A DNA stretch of 64,000 nucleotides from Lama glama (lineage: Eukaryota), in the NCBI GenBank assembly GCA_028534125.1, contig CM052817.1, positions 54,004,001-54,068,000 on the forward strand. The letters are read 5' to 3'. Made by a program: the position numbers and the translations under genes. The notes under the pieces are model-generated. The model saw nothing but the letters and a program-made list of their open reading frames with translations. It had not been told where the DNA came from and made no database searches. Shown here one piece after another: positions 1-13,484 of the stretch (position 1 is its first letter; each line of letters opens with the position of its first letter).

Positions 1-1629
1 GAGAAAAGCTAAATAAATATGAAGTGGAAGACCCACATCCAGTGCCAGGCCTCTGACACAAGGACACAAGTGGTAGACACTATCTTTCAAGTGCAAGCTA
101 CTATTGTGGAATAATCGCATCAATTGAGAGAGGAACAGTTCTCAGCTACCCCTATTACTTTCCAAATCTTGACAGTGCTTTATCCACTAAGTTATATTTA
201 TCAGATATAGAAAGTGATTTGATAGCCTGATTTCAACAAACAAAACTTTGCAAAGTTAGTACTAATAACTAGGAATAACTTACCTTGAAAAAAGCTTTAC
301 ACTGAATTTTGCTAAAGAATCTCTTTTCAGACAAGAGACTTTCTTTTTTGACACCTTTTGGGCAGTGTCACATTTTAGGCTTACAATGCCTGTACTGGTC
401 ACCTGTAAAGGCAGGAGGCAGCATCTGACTTAAGTCCATAATGTCTGACATGGTTTGGAAGAAAGGCAGGGGTAACAGAATTAAGTACACCAAAATTAAG
501 GTGGCAAACATAAACTATTTGCTCCTTTTTTTCCTACTTGAAGGAAACACACATGTTTTATTAATTATGAATCTTAGAGTAAATGGTAGAAATAGGGAGT
601 CTCCTGTTTCTTCTTTAATCCTTCAGTGTCCATCATAGCCTGTCTGTGACAATTCAGTAGCAAGATTCCACTGGCCTAGCCAAACACAGTAAATTGCAGA
701 GTGAATAGTTCCTACTTTTTCCTCATTTGCAGTTGAAAGCATTCAGAATGGAGTCTAGCTCTGCAATGTCAGACTATTTGATATAAGAACAGGAGTATAC
801 TCTTCCCTATCTCTTTTCCCTGTGAATTTATGTTCTTCCTTTGAGAGACAGTGACAGAAGGAATAAATACTCCTTAAAAGATGACTGTAAATTAGCTAGG
901 TGAAAGCTGAGAAAGGAAATAACAAGCAGGCAGCCCTTCAAATGTATATAATGTGGAACAACATCCAAAGCTGAGATATTAAATTTAAAATTAATTTAAA
1001 ACAAACAACATAAATTGTGCTTCCCTTTCCATTCTTTATAATACTCAGCCAACATCTGCTCAGTAATTCACCAAATGTATTTTTTGTTTGTTTTAGTAAA
1101 ATGTATCAAATTAGAGGAAAAACAAGTTTTAGAGAATGAAACAAATGACCACATCATTCTTTGCTCTAGAGGACCACTAGCAACATGCTTTACAGTCTAT
1201 TTAAACTAACTAGCCTCCAACTGTTTGTTAGTCAGTTTTGCCTTAAAAGCTCTGTTAGTAGAAGGATCATAAAAATGAATTTACTGGTTAGAGCACTGAG
1301 GAAGGAACTATCAACAATATAACATTATTATGTATAATTTTCTCACTCTTTAATAAAAAAACTTAATATAGACAAAAAAGCAGTTGATATCTAGTAAACT
1401 CACTGTAGATGGTATTCATTTAAATTTTTAATTTCATGTTTATAGGTGTAACTGTAAATGCTATATATGTATTATTTATTACATCTACCACATAAGATGA
1501 AAAAAAAATACACCACTAAAGACCAAATAAATTTCAGGTAGAAACTATAGTTTCTCAGAAGCCCCCATATTATGACACACTGTATTAATATACTAGGAAG
1601 TTAGCTGTATATATCCAAGGACCCTCTCC

Positions 1630-1712
1630 ATTTTATTTGCCCCTGTGTCTCAGCAACTAGAACAGTGCCTGGAATATAAAAGCTAGTTGAGAATATTTTG
1701 AATTTGTTAAAT
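1630..1712 (+). mobile_element. L2 3'-end remnant
   Basis: cagcaactagaacagtgcctggaatata...aatattttgaat resembles the L2 terminus. Confidence 0.5.
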
Positions 1713-2054
1713 CAGCATAAAGGGTCTCTATCTTTGATGCTCTTAAATAAATGGTATAACTTTATTCATATTACCAAAGGCAAAATAAAAGGCAAAAAAT
1801 TTTTAATCATATATGTATGTGGATTGCATACTTGCTATGCTGAAGTAAACATTTTTTTGCATACAATGTTTAATTAAAAAACCCCCTAGACAGTTTAGGT
1901 TAATATTTAATTACCTTTAAAAAACTACTATATTCTGTTACATCATGCTACAACTAAAAATAATAAACATTTAAAACAAAATAACTTGCATTTTTGGCAT
2001 TTTAACACCTGACAATAAATGCATAATTTTGAAACAAGAAGCATTTACAGCAAC

Positions 2055-2280
2055 AATAGCTAGCAGCTACTGAAATGTTTACTGCGTGGAAACCCTTACT
2101 ACTAACTCATTTAATTATCAAGACAACTCTTTAAGGTAAGCATATTATCACCATATTACAGATTAAGAAAAATGTAAGGAGGTGAAATTAAGTTACTTGC
2201 TTAAGGTCACAAATTTAGTAAGAAACAGAGCTAGGATTTGGAAAAAGACAACAACCTGGCTCTAAAGTTTATGCTCATCA
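2055..2280 (-). mobile_element. MIR SINE
   Basis: Reverse MIR core: attatcaccatattacagattaagaaa...aagttacttgcttaaggtcaca...agagctaggatttg. Confidence 0.75.
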
Positions 2281-4698
2281 GATGGTCTACATAGTTCTCA
2301 AGAAGATTACTTGTCAGTTTATAGTGACTAATTTTTTTCTCACCCAGAACATATAGTAACACCACAGTTTGATGCCCCATTTTAAATGTCAATACATTTG
2401 AAAAATAGATTCAAAATTATGTTTTAAATAAAATCTCAAGTTGTGAATGTTGGCTGATTTGCTACTTATATAAAAAACTATGTAGTCTACAGAATCTGAT
2501 ATCTACTTTCAAATAAATGACATATACATTTGCAGAGACAGTGTGTGGTAAGGTTTAGATTTTTAGATTTCTCAAGTGGATATTTCCTACTCACAACCAA
2601 TAGCATCTTAATTCACAGATCTTCTCTTAGCATTAGTTCACTTGCTACGCATGTGGCATGTAGTCATTAGGCCATGGGTTCTATGCTCTACTGTGCCTAC
2701 CAATTTTAAAAAGGAGAGATTTGTGATAGAAAATTACAACTCCTTAACAACAGAACTAATAGTCAAATGCTTACACTACAATAGAGAGAAAGGGGTATAA
2801 TAATCTGGCGTGCAGGAGTGCTATGAGAATGGATTTTCTTTTTTTTTGGAATCACAACAGGATCTTTTATCACTGTAAAACTAATGTCCTAATTTCTTGT
2901 CAAAGTTAAGTTTATGCATTTGCAGAATTCAGCAGTCTTTCATGAATCTTCTCCCTCAGCCTAGTAAACTATATATTGTCTTTTTAAGTCAGGGCCATTA
3001 AAATCTTGCAAAGTATTTGCTGCACTATACATATTATTGGTCCTGTCACTGAGCAGTGCTCTTTTTCTGTTTTATAGCATTTCTCCATGGCATCAACAGA
3101 TTAAAACATTCACTACCAGAAAAAGTATGTGAAAATGGAGCAAGTTCATTTTCCTACAAGCTAACTCAATAAATCTGTGTAGTTTACTGATGTTCCCTTT
3201 CATTTAAAATCAGTACATATTTATCTTGCAAACTTCAAGAAGGCAGAAAAATAGGTTATTTTTCCTTTTTTGTCCATGGCAGCAATGCTACTTCATTAAT
3301 GTTAATAAATGGCAGTTTAATAAGACCAGGTCTATTTTTCTCATATGCACTTGGGAATATTTAGAAAAAGGGTCAATGAGGGGTATATTAAGACTTCAAA
3401 AGATTCTTTCTATTGTTTCCAGCACCATACAATTCTTAAGTATAGAAAAGAAACAAGATAGCTTAAGTTAACTGACTGAATTTTATAACATTAGTTTGAT
3501 GTTTTTCTTAACTTTGTCACCAGAGAAGTAGCTTACTAACAATCCTAGTTTATTTACATTAGCACAAATAAAAATCAAATTAAAGCAAATTTAGTCCAAA
3601 ATTCTTAAACTGATAATTGAAGGCTAAAGAAAATGTTGGAAATAGTCAGTACTTTTCTTGACAGTATTGTAGAGAAAAAGATTTTTTACTTTGAGGACAA
3701 ACTCTTTCCTTGTTCCAGTCCCTTACCTCCCACAGAAGATAGTTATGAATACAGCTTATGCAATCAATTCCCTAGAGCCATTCTCACCAGCTGGTCAAGC
3801 ATGCAACAGCCAGAATAGAAGCTCACAGAGAACACAACCAGTTTTCTCCCAGTCCTATGTGGCAATCACTTTATCTTTGGTTACAGCAACACAATAGAAG
3901 AAAAATATTGATGTTTATTAAATCAGATCATGCCATAGCTGTTAGAGAGCTATACTACATCTTTCATGCATCTACCACAAGTACAAAATATGTCTTAGCA
4001 GACAAATGCCAGAATTTTTATTATGACACGTTTGATTTTCTTCTGAAAAGCTGTATGCAAAATAATGCCTTACTTTCACTCTCACATACTATTTTCTTGC
4101 ACACAAACTTCCCTTTTCACACAAGAAAAAGCAAGCTGGTTGTAGGGCCACTCTCTCCCAATCCACCTCTTTTGGAATTCTCCTATATCTGTGCCCTTGC
4201 ACATATGACTTATAATTTAATACTGACTTTCACGATCTCCAATACATTTATCTAAGATTGGCTGAAATCCCGCCTCTTTCATAAGTTTTCAACAACTTCT
4301 ATGTGAATTACAGCTTTCAAGAGGCCTGCTTTCGAAAGATAAGACTTAGGAAGAAAGTTTTGCTGAAACTGATCATTTGGGGAGATCTGGAATAAGACAT
4401 CACTCCAATTAGCATATTAACAAGAAATTCAGTAAACCGACAATTGTTGCACACATGTAAATCCTACTTCACTAACAAGATTACAGCTACTTTCCAAGAA
4501 GGTAGATAATAGGCTAAACATTAAAAGAGGTGGTAAGATGATTAACATTTTGTCAAATCAGATTTACAAAAGGCTATGTAATATTTTTATAACACCACTA
4601 AATAATTAAATAATGGTAGATACTTATTGATTGATGACGCCTACAAATGCTTTTAGTTACTCAAACATAATAAATTCAAACATTCATATGTGGTATAA

Positions 4699-5660
4699 TG
4701 TTCTAGTTTGGGATCCTGGGAAAGCAGAGCCTGAAATAAGAACTTTGATGTAGGTATTTTATTTGGGAGGTGATCCCAGGAAAAAAAAAAGTGTGAAGGA
4801 ACAGAGAGAGAGAAATTAAAAGGAAGAGAAGTCACAATATGCATTATTATTACCATTGCCACCGTTGGCAGGGAAGACCAAATGCTGCCCAAATCCTTGA
4901 GATAATCCTCTGAGAAATATAAATCTGGGGTAATGATACTGCTAACTAAAAATTGGCACTCGCCATCTGCCTCTGCTCGGATTAAATCATGAGCCGCTGC
5001 AGCCACTGACCTCCAACTTTCCCTGAAAGGAGTTCAGGGTAGAGATTAGGAATGAAGCACTCTGTGCTCTGGGAACACTGGCAGAATTCAGATAGTTAGA
5101 TATTTTCAGGAGATTTTGTGAGCCCAAATTCTTGCCTCTCCTCATATCTAGAAAAGCACTCAAATCATTAACAGTGACATCTGCTCCTCGTGACTAGCAG
5201 CAAGCCTCTGTCTAAATGTGTGCTCGACTGCACGCCCCCCCTTCACTAAAATCATAGATAATAATGAGTTCCCCTCCACCTCTTTGGAGCAGTTCCTCAG
5301 GCCTATCTGAGATGCTGTCTCCTGGGTTATAGTCCTCATTTTGCCCCAAGTAAAACTTAACCTGCAACTCTCACTTTGTGTGATTTTATTTCAGTTTACA
5401 ACACACAGGCCCTTCCTCCCCAGTGTTTGAGGACAATCTTCACCAGAAGAACTCCCCTGCATGCAAGTGAATGGCTGGTTGTCAGCCAAACAAGCTTCTG
5501 GCCATGGGGAAATTCTTAAGGCAGAATGCTAAAAGACAAATAAAAGGCATTAGAGGTGAGAATGAGGTAACTGAGGAAGGCCTGAATGCCCACAAAATAG
5601 TTCACTTCAGTTTGGGTAAAATCAGAGTTGAGCTAAGGTGATGCTATACGTGCGCCAGAG
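4699..5660 (-). mobile_element. Old ERVL-type LTR (LTR33-like), split by a younger LTR
   Basis: tgttctagtttgggatcctgggaaagcagagcctga...tttatttgggaggtgatcccagg at 4699-4780. LTR-like sequence appears to resume after 5400. Family and right boundary are tentative. Confidence 0.5.
4968..5400 (+). mobile_element. Cetartiodactyl ERV1-type solo LTR
   Basis: TG...CA ends. Internal ccctgaaaggagttcaggg, tctttggagcagttcctcag...ctatctgagatgctgtctcctgggttatagtcctc, and agtaaaacttaac (polyA-signal region) match recalled artiodactyl ERV1 LTRs. Confidence 0.7.
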
Positions 5661-5669
5661 GCATAGGCT

Positions 5670-5701
5670 GAGAGAGAGAGAGAGTGTGTGTGTGTGTGTG
5701 T
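5670..5701 (+). repeat. Compound (GA)n(GT)n microsatellite
   Basis: Seen directly. Confidence 0.9.
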
Positions 5702-7314
5702 ATGCATGCACATAAACAAAACAGTACCTAGACCTTAATCTTTAACTTCTATTTTCTCATAATATTGAGTTTTACATTTATTTAGCAGTCATTTCATACT
5801 GGATACAAGAAAAGATACTGTTACTCTCATAATTTTTTACATAGGAGTTTTTCTCTTCTCCCTCTCTCTCTCTCTTTTTTTACTTCTGTAGCATTACTAG
5901 CTTATTTCTGCAACATCCTTTCCAGTTACATGCAACTGAGAGTGTAAAGTTCAGAAAAGAATTGTTGCTAGGGGTCTAAAATTTACACGTTCCACAGAAC
6001 TCCTACTGAAGGCATTGGAAAGGAGAAAAATGGAACTTGTTGTGGCTGATTCTGTCTATTCTCATGTCAATCCCGGGAATGGAGAAAGAGAAAGAGAAAT
6101 CACTTAGCTCACATACCCTAAGTTCACAAGCAGCAAAGACCCAGCTGACAAGTAGGGTATGAGCAGAAGTAATGATTCTTTTCTACTACTTTACATGATA
6201 ACATTCATTTAAACTTAGTATTTGGATAGCCCTTCCTATTTTGATAGGAGAAAATGTGATTAAATAGACCTTCATCATACGAAACTATTAGAATACTTCC
6301 TATGTAAAATTCATTGTTCATTTTTGGGGGTCTTATTTCTCGACCTCTTAAAACACAGCATAGAAAGTTATTTTAACAAAACATCTGTAGTTCAGGATAT
6401 TTAAAAGTAGTCCCAAATTCTTGAATAGAGAGTATGAAAGGATGAGCAATGCTTGCAATTTTAACTCATGTATTTTCATTTACTAACTTACATATGGAAA
6501 AGTGGACCCTTGCAACTTTTAAGATTCTGAGAGAACACAGTTTAAACCTTGAAGCAGATCAAGGTCAATCAATTTAACACAATAAATTAGCAAGCAACCT
6601 GAAATATTTATAAGCAATTTAAAGGCAACAAAATGTATGCTTTAGTGAGCACTGGGTACATAATAAATACGTGCTGATTTATCAACTTAATGAACATAAT
6701 GGTGAGTTAATAAGAACAAATTTCTAGATGGAGGAAGAACACATAGAAAAAAATGAGTACACTCAATGCTCATACTAGCATAATTGGCTCCAAAATGTTT
6801 ACTCATTGGAGGAAATGAGCACAAATGAAAATTTACTACTTGTATAATTAATATAAAATGACAGGATATTTATTAATGTAAAAGTAGCTCCAAAATCAAG
6901 CTAGTAATACAGTAATACGCATTCACACTTACATACTAAAATAATAATAAAGTCTTATCATCACATGCATATATAATCACTTTTTAATGAGCAAGGTGCT
7001 TGGAAGTAGCTGCAATATGAGTGCTCATCGTTTTCCACGTATCTGGGTGTTATGTAACTCAGAAACCTGGGTTTAATGGATAGACAATCTTGAAAGAATA
7101 TGATAGTCATTTTTGTCAAAAAGGGCAAGTTTAATTTTAAACCAGCAAATTTCAATGCATAAACACAGAAATACGTGTATACAGAGAGTGCTACATCAAG
7201 AACAAAAGGAGCCAAAAATCACTTGCCTCCGTTCAGGTGACAGCCATCTCTTGAATTTAAATAGGTGGCAAATATGTTCACATAGTGATATCAGCTATGT
7301 AACTGTATGGCCCA

Positions 7315-7817
7315 TGAAGGGGATCAGAATATGATACCAGAATACGGTGCCTTGGCATATTAAATATTTTAAGCTGAAGTAATGTGAAAAACAGCAGGTG
7401 CAGGAAGGACTCTCTGATCTTCCTCTTATCCACTGAAATAGGTCATAAAATCTTTTTGTGAGACATGTTCTCCCTAAACCCAAAAGAAAGGAGTGTCCTC
7501 ATCTCTGAAGACAGAGGGATGCTGAGAGGAATCCTAAAGAACAGGTCTAAGTTTCTCCCGTTTACCAGCTTTCACACATACCCTGTGTCCTCTCATGTTT
7601 TCCCACAACTTCCTATTCTTTATCAAACTTCAGATAAAAACACACAGGTTTAACCATTTCATATGGTCTTCATTTCCTTATGAAATCTCCCATGTCACGT
7701 AGAACTTACATCAATTTGTATATTGTTCTCTTACTTCTGTCTTTTGTCAATCCACTGTGCAGGGCCCCAGCCAGAGAAACTACAAGGGTAGTAGGAAAAA
7801 TATTTTTCCTCCTGTAA
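7315..7817 (+). mobile_element. ERV1 solo LTR, MER34/MER39-like
   Basis: Start tgaaggggatcagaatatg...ttggcatattaaatattttaagctgaag. End caggggccccagcc-type motif followed by aaaatatttttcctcc. Confidence 0.7.
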
Positions 7818-7884
7818 CCTTTTGCAGGAATTGGGATATATGGTAGTGAATTACACCTGTTAATTTTAAAATTCGGTTTAACTG

Positions 7885-8110
7885 AGTGATTACTACATAC
7901 AGGCATTGTGTTAAACACTTTACATACAACTTCTCACTGTATCCGTCTTGTAAGTTACCTTCACGTTGTAGATGACGGAATCTGAGGCTTACTGAACTGA
8001 ATGGTCTAAGGACACAAATCACACAACTGTGACTGACAAGCTTGGGCTTTCAACCCATATTTGTAAGAGTACAAAACCTATATTTTAACAAAAATGTCAT
8101 ACTACTGTTT
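7885..8110 (-). mobile_element. MIR SINE
   Basis: caggcattgtgttaaacactttacatac...tagatgacggaatctgaggctt...aaggacaca. Confidence 0.7.
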
Positions 8111-10029
8111 GTGGATATGATAGAGTATAAAATGAAATGCAAATGTAAAATATAATTTTCTTTGCAATGGTTCCAAAAACCCTCAAAAACATTTCCCCCT
8201 GATATTGCTTAAAGCCAGTGGTATTCTAATTGACTCACTGAAACAATGGCATCTATTAGTTCTAGCATTGTACTATTACAGCAAAATTTCTGAAGCATAT
8301 GTTTTAAGTCAGCACTGTTTGGTTTGCAGCTGTTGCTGAATGGACCCTAAGTTTAGTAACAGACAAAGAGGATGGAAAGAAGCACTAGCAATCACTGCAG
8401 ACTCTTTATTTAAGAGGAATTCAACATTTCAAACTAGGTATCATCTACTTCTAGTGTAGTGAAATACATTTTCCTGTTAACATTGTTAACAGGCAAATAA
8501 TATTGCTCACATTGTTTGTGAATGCTGACAGTTGTGCTACAATATGTGTTTTATAAGCAAAGCAATGTCTGATATATGAAGAGGCTGTATCTAATAAGAA
8601 AAATGTCTAATCAGGTAACTGAAATCTTGGGATTGGTCTTTTCCTAGACATAATGGCCACCTGTGCCTGACTGTCCTGGACTGTCTGCAAAGGTAATTCA
8701 TAACTCACAATATGCCACAAAACCTTGACAGATGTGGTGCCAAATCTTGATCAACATGTGAAATAGCTATCATTAGCACAAATGAGGAGGACAGTGTCTG
8801 CTGAATGGAATCTGAAATTGAGTGGAGTCATGTGATAACATGTAGGGTACAACTTACTTAAAGTACAGCCAATGCCAAAAAAAACCCCTCCCAAATAAAC
8901 AAATTTAAAAGAACCCAAATCAGTAATATTTACTTGAAATGTATGAACTTTGCTTGACAAGCATGTAAGGATAATAGGTCAGAAAACAGTTATGTTGAGA
9001 GAGAAACACAATAAGTTAATTAGTGAACGCATTATTTAATTCATTTACGAGAACCACCAAGATTCTGGTATTTAGATGTGTTTTAAATACATACAGGTTC
9101 ACAAACAAGTTCAGGTCCATTGCTGTATACTCTAAGCATAATCTACATTAACTTTACTCAGTATAATCCTTTCAAAATACTATTTGGGAATTCAGAAATT
9201 CAACAAAAACGGCTCTATTCCTGTTGGCCTGCCACCTGGACAGAAAATCAAAGGGTTCACCATGCAGAGCAAACGTAGTAGCATTCTGCAGGTAAGGATC
9301 TCCAGGATAGTAAAGGGATGTTGTGAAGAGAGGCCTCCCATGTGTAAATTTAAGGATATGTTAAAGCTCAAGGTTGGATCCATGGCCATTCCCCAAGACT
9401 GACCCATTAGCTTTTCTTTCTGTAAATATTACCAAATTTTTCTAAATCAAGAAATCATTAATAATATTTCTTTTATAAATATAGAGATCTAGAATTTCAT
9501 AAAAGCTTTGACTCTAAAGCCTGGGTCAAATCTACCGTCCAGTCACCTGACTTCAGAACTGCTTTTAATGCCATCATTTGGATATCTGGGTATGATGAAG
9601 ACCCCGTCCCATTTTAAGTATCTGTAAGAATAGCTTCCATTAACCAAGCTCAGTTTAAGAAATAATAAGCATGTCTTCTAGGTTAATGATTCCAAAGCTT
9701 TAGCCACAGAAAAGCCAACTTTGCTAGAGTAAAAACCGATGCTTCTATGACTAACTGCTGCCTAGGAGATAGCATGCCCACACCTTGAAAAAGGTCACTA
9801 GGACTCACAAGTCACTCCAGAAAATTAGATGCATTTGCCCACTTCAATTTTATTATGTGATGTGTAATCCTCCAAGACCAAGTATTAACTCCCCTGAATA
9901 CACCAGAAATTTTATTGCAATCATTAATAAAGTTTATACTAACAATAACTAACAGAATTTAGATTGATAGATAAAAATAACCTATTCAACAAATAGTTCA
10001 TTGCATGGTATTTTTTTTTTCAGTTGGGC

Positions 10030-10275
10030 AAAGTATTGCAGTGGTGACAAGAACAAGCTTAGAATCACATAGTTTTAAATGGGTTAAAATCCTGGCTCTA
10101 CCACTGGAGATGGTATCCTGGGTATGTATGCCTGGGTGAGTTGCAATGTTTCTGTGCATCAGCTTCCTTATTGTTGAAAATAACATAATAAAAGACTCTA
10201 CATTTTCGGTTTTTGATGAAGCTTTAAACAGGGCTTGGCACAGAATAAATGTTTGGCAACTACTAGGTATTATTA
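10030..10275 (+). mobile_element. MIR SINE
   Basis: gggttaaaatcctggctctaccact...tctgtgcatcagcttcctta...cttggcacagaataaatgtt. Confidence 0.7.
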
Positions 10276-12994
10276 TTATTACTACTGTTTTTATTATTGT
10301 TATTAAAATGACTAATATGACAGAAGTATCACTGATAAACACAAAACGAGCAAACACATGGTTTACTTGCTTTTATGGTTCTTCATAATTTTGCTAAATA
10401 TATGACTTCTTAAATCTACCATAGTTAAGTCAAAACAAACAAACAAATAAATAAAGGAATATAAAGTATCAAAGGAAGTAAAAAGGAGTCAGGAAATTTC
10501 AACACATCCTTTCTATTAAAGTGTGGTAATAATATTGATTTGACAACATTTTAGGAAACAAATGTGAACATGCTGTTTTAAAATATAAAAATAAAGAGTA
10601 GAGAATGAGAAAAAAAGATATGACATCTACTGATTGAATAATTAGAAAACTGAATAATGAACCAATTAGGTAACATTTAAATATAAAATAAAGTACCAGA
10701 TTAAATATAATTTGGGTTAAAATATAATGGGCTAAAATAATGGGCTAAATTTAAGAAGCAGATACAATGTGCTATAAATAGTCAGAAGGTTGTACTATTA
10801 AGATCAGTATGACTCTTTATGAAATTTTGTATGGGTGTGGTGAAACTAAAAGTTTAAGAATTGTTAAAAACAGAATAGGTGATCTTTTAACTTCATAACT
10901 GAAAAAACTATAAGTAGAAAACATCATGTTTCTTTGAATTTTATTGAGTTTTCCAATTCCTAGTTAAAAAAAAATAAATCTAAGAAATTCTGAATTTTCA
11001 ACCTGGAAATTTTACATTTAAAATAAATCTAAGACATTAAGAGTTTAAACAACCAGTAACTTAGTAAAAAAAAAATGAATATTAAAAACATGTTTTAAAC
11101 CTTCTTTAAAAATATTAAGAATAATCAGAGCTTTTTTGCCAGTGGTGTAGGAAGAAAAAACAGCAACTGAAATTAGAGAAAGGTATTTGAAAGGTAAGAC
11201 TGATGACTCTGATACATTACTTTACTTAGAATGAAACAATTTATTATGGCTCTAAATCCCTCTACATCCAAAATGACACTTACTGTTGGCACTGAGGCTA
11301 CTTTCTCCCAGTGCCACTGTATATTCACATGATATTTTTCATGAATAAACATGAAAATGTCAGCAATACTAAACAAAAGGGAGATGGCAAGTTTGGAAAA
11401 AAGCCAATAGCTGTGCCAAATGACCCACGAAGTTTGAATTTCAGAAAAGAATGTCTGAAATTTGGGAGGGTGAATGTAGCATTCTGAAGAAAACATAGTT
11501 AAATTATACATTATAGCAACAAAAGAAGGGAAAGAATAAAAAGATGGGGTGACCCACACTGAGTCTGAAATAAAGTAATTCAGGCAGTGATATGGTGGCC
11601 TGTACTGGGGTCCTAACAGACTTAACAGCAGATATGCAAGCACATATGGGCTTATCATCAGGGGGTCTCAGAAAAGCAGATGATCTTACATACGAAGGAG
11701 TGCGTGCTGGGATACATATGAAGAGAGACAAGCACATGAAACCTTGGGGTTTTCGTTTCTTTTCCATAGTTCTTCATTTGCTTAGAAATTTCTCAGTACA
11801 ATTAAACATACTGAAAACTATTTCTAACATCTGATTAGATAACTAAAAACGTTCAAGTGTTTAAACAAAGTTAAACTAACATGGGCTTTAAAAAACCAAG
11901 GTCAAGCAAACACACTTAAAATCAGTGAAAAGATAGCAATATTAACACATTAAAAAGAAATCAACAAACCGGTATTTATTTTTTTAAACCAAAACACTCA
12001 CTCTATATTTTACCTTTCTTTCCAAGTATTTGTACTCACATAAGGGCATTTCCTATGAAAACAATGACATATTGCTAAGTGGAGAGACCCTGATACAGTT
12101 TTTTTTTTCTTTGCAATCAATCTTGATTTCCTGTGATATCAAATAACAAAGCCTGGGCAAGCTTGACTTCTTTAGCAATTATAATTTTGTTTCCATTAAA
12201 ATCTTTCGGCTAGTAATAGTGTTGCCCCATGAAGCACTGTTAATTAGATTTTAAAAACTAACACATTTTTCTGGAAAGCACAGTGCTACCCAAAGAAAGT
12301 GTATCCTGCTCAGCACTTTGAAATCAAGTGATTCTGAGCCCCCAATGACACGTGACCACCTCTTAGGGTGCAGGTGCTATTCCTCACCTTTTCTCTATTC
12401 TGGCCTCTAAACAAATCTTTTTTATGTAAAAAGAAAAAAAATGGCTAAAATAAACATCAAAGCAAACAACAGAAGATATATATCATAAAGGAACATCCTA
12501 TAGCCTGGTAGAGGAATGGGTTGTAGATTCTGTGGTGACAGGGGTTCGGTCTTTTTATAGCACCCATTTTCTCTGTCATCTGCCTCTCTGAGTCACTGCC
12601 CAGCAAGACGGTCCTAATTTGCTCTCCCTAACAATAGAAATAACAGTCTTGATGTCTATCTCTTTTACAGATTGATCCATTTTTCCTAAATCCATTTTTC
12701 CTATTTTACTGATACTTGGCCAAATTCAGGAAGTTATTTTCAGATGCTGAATAGATAAACAGAATCCTCCATTATTACATATTTTTAACTGATGGATGTC
12801 TCCTACAAGCTGTTTATGTAGAAATAATTAAAGACTCTGTTCCCAGCATAACCCTTGCACTCCTCAAGCTTAGTAATGGAAAGAAATTCATGTATTTATT
12901 CAACGACTTACAGCTCCCAAAAGTACTCTCACATTAAGGTTGTAAATGGATCGTGGTTCTTAGTCAAGACTAGGTACTGAGAAAATAACCACCA

Positions 12995-13135
12995 AGACTT
13001 GTTGAGCATTTACTTTCTGTAAAATATGTTCTCAACATATAAATTATTTAATTCCCACAATGTTACAAGGTAAATACTGTAATTAGTCTCATGTTATTGA
13101 TGTGGAAACTGAGGTACATACAAGAATTTGAGTAC
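12995..13135 (-). mobile_element. MIR fragment
   Basis: ttgagcatttact...tttaattcccacaa...gatgtggaaactgagg. Confidence 0.6.
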
Positions 13136-13484
13136 ACAACTCAAGAATCTAAAGCCACTATAAAGCTGCTTCACAAACAAAACAATAAAATACAAAGGAG
13201 AGTTGTGGGGAAGCAAAAGGAAAGACACATGCCTTATGTAAAAAGGGAGGAGATGTATGTTTGGAGAAACACATTAGTGATACTGAGTTAGGGCACAACT
13301 AAGATTCTAGAATGACTGAACAGATGGTGCCTAAGGACCTGAACATAAATATGGAATCACTTACAAATATATCAAATGAATACCACTTTCTTTATTGAAA
13401 ATCAGGAAATACAGAAATATTTACTTTATCCCTTTCTTTATAGAAAAATCAGGAAATGCAGGAATAAAGATTTTACTGGACTCC

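Noticed and set aside
9184..9407. Overlapping 72- and 71-aa ORFs on both strands
   Set aside because: No recognisable homology and no coherent exon structure.
11504..11767. 87-aa minus ORF with an acceptor-like atcccag in phase with the lectin exon
   Set aside because: The body (ccccagtacaggccaccatatcactgcctgaattact) resembles an L2 remnant, the peptide is unrecognised, and nearby donors give 13- or 17-nt exons.
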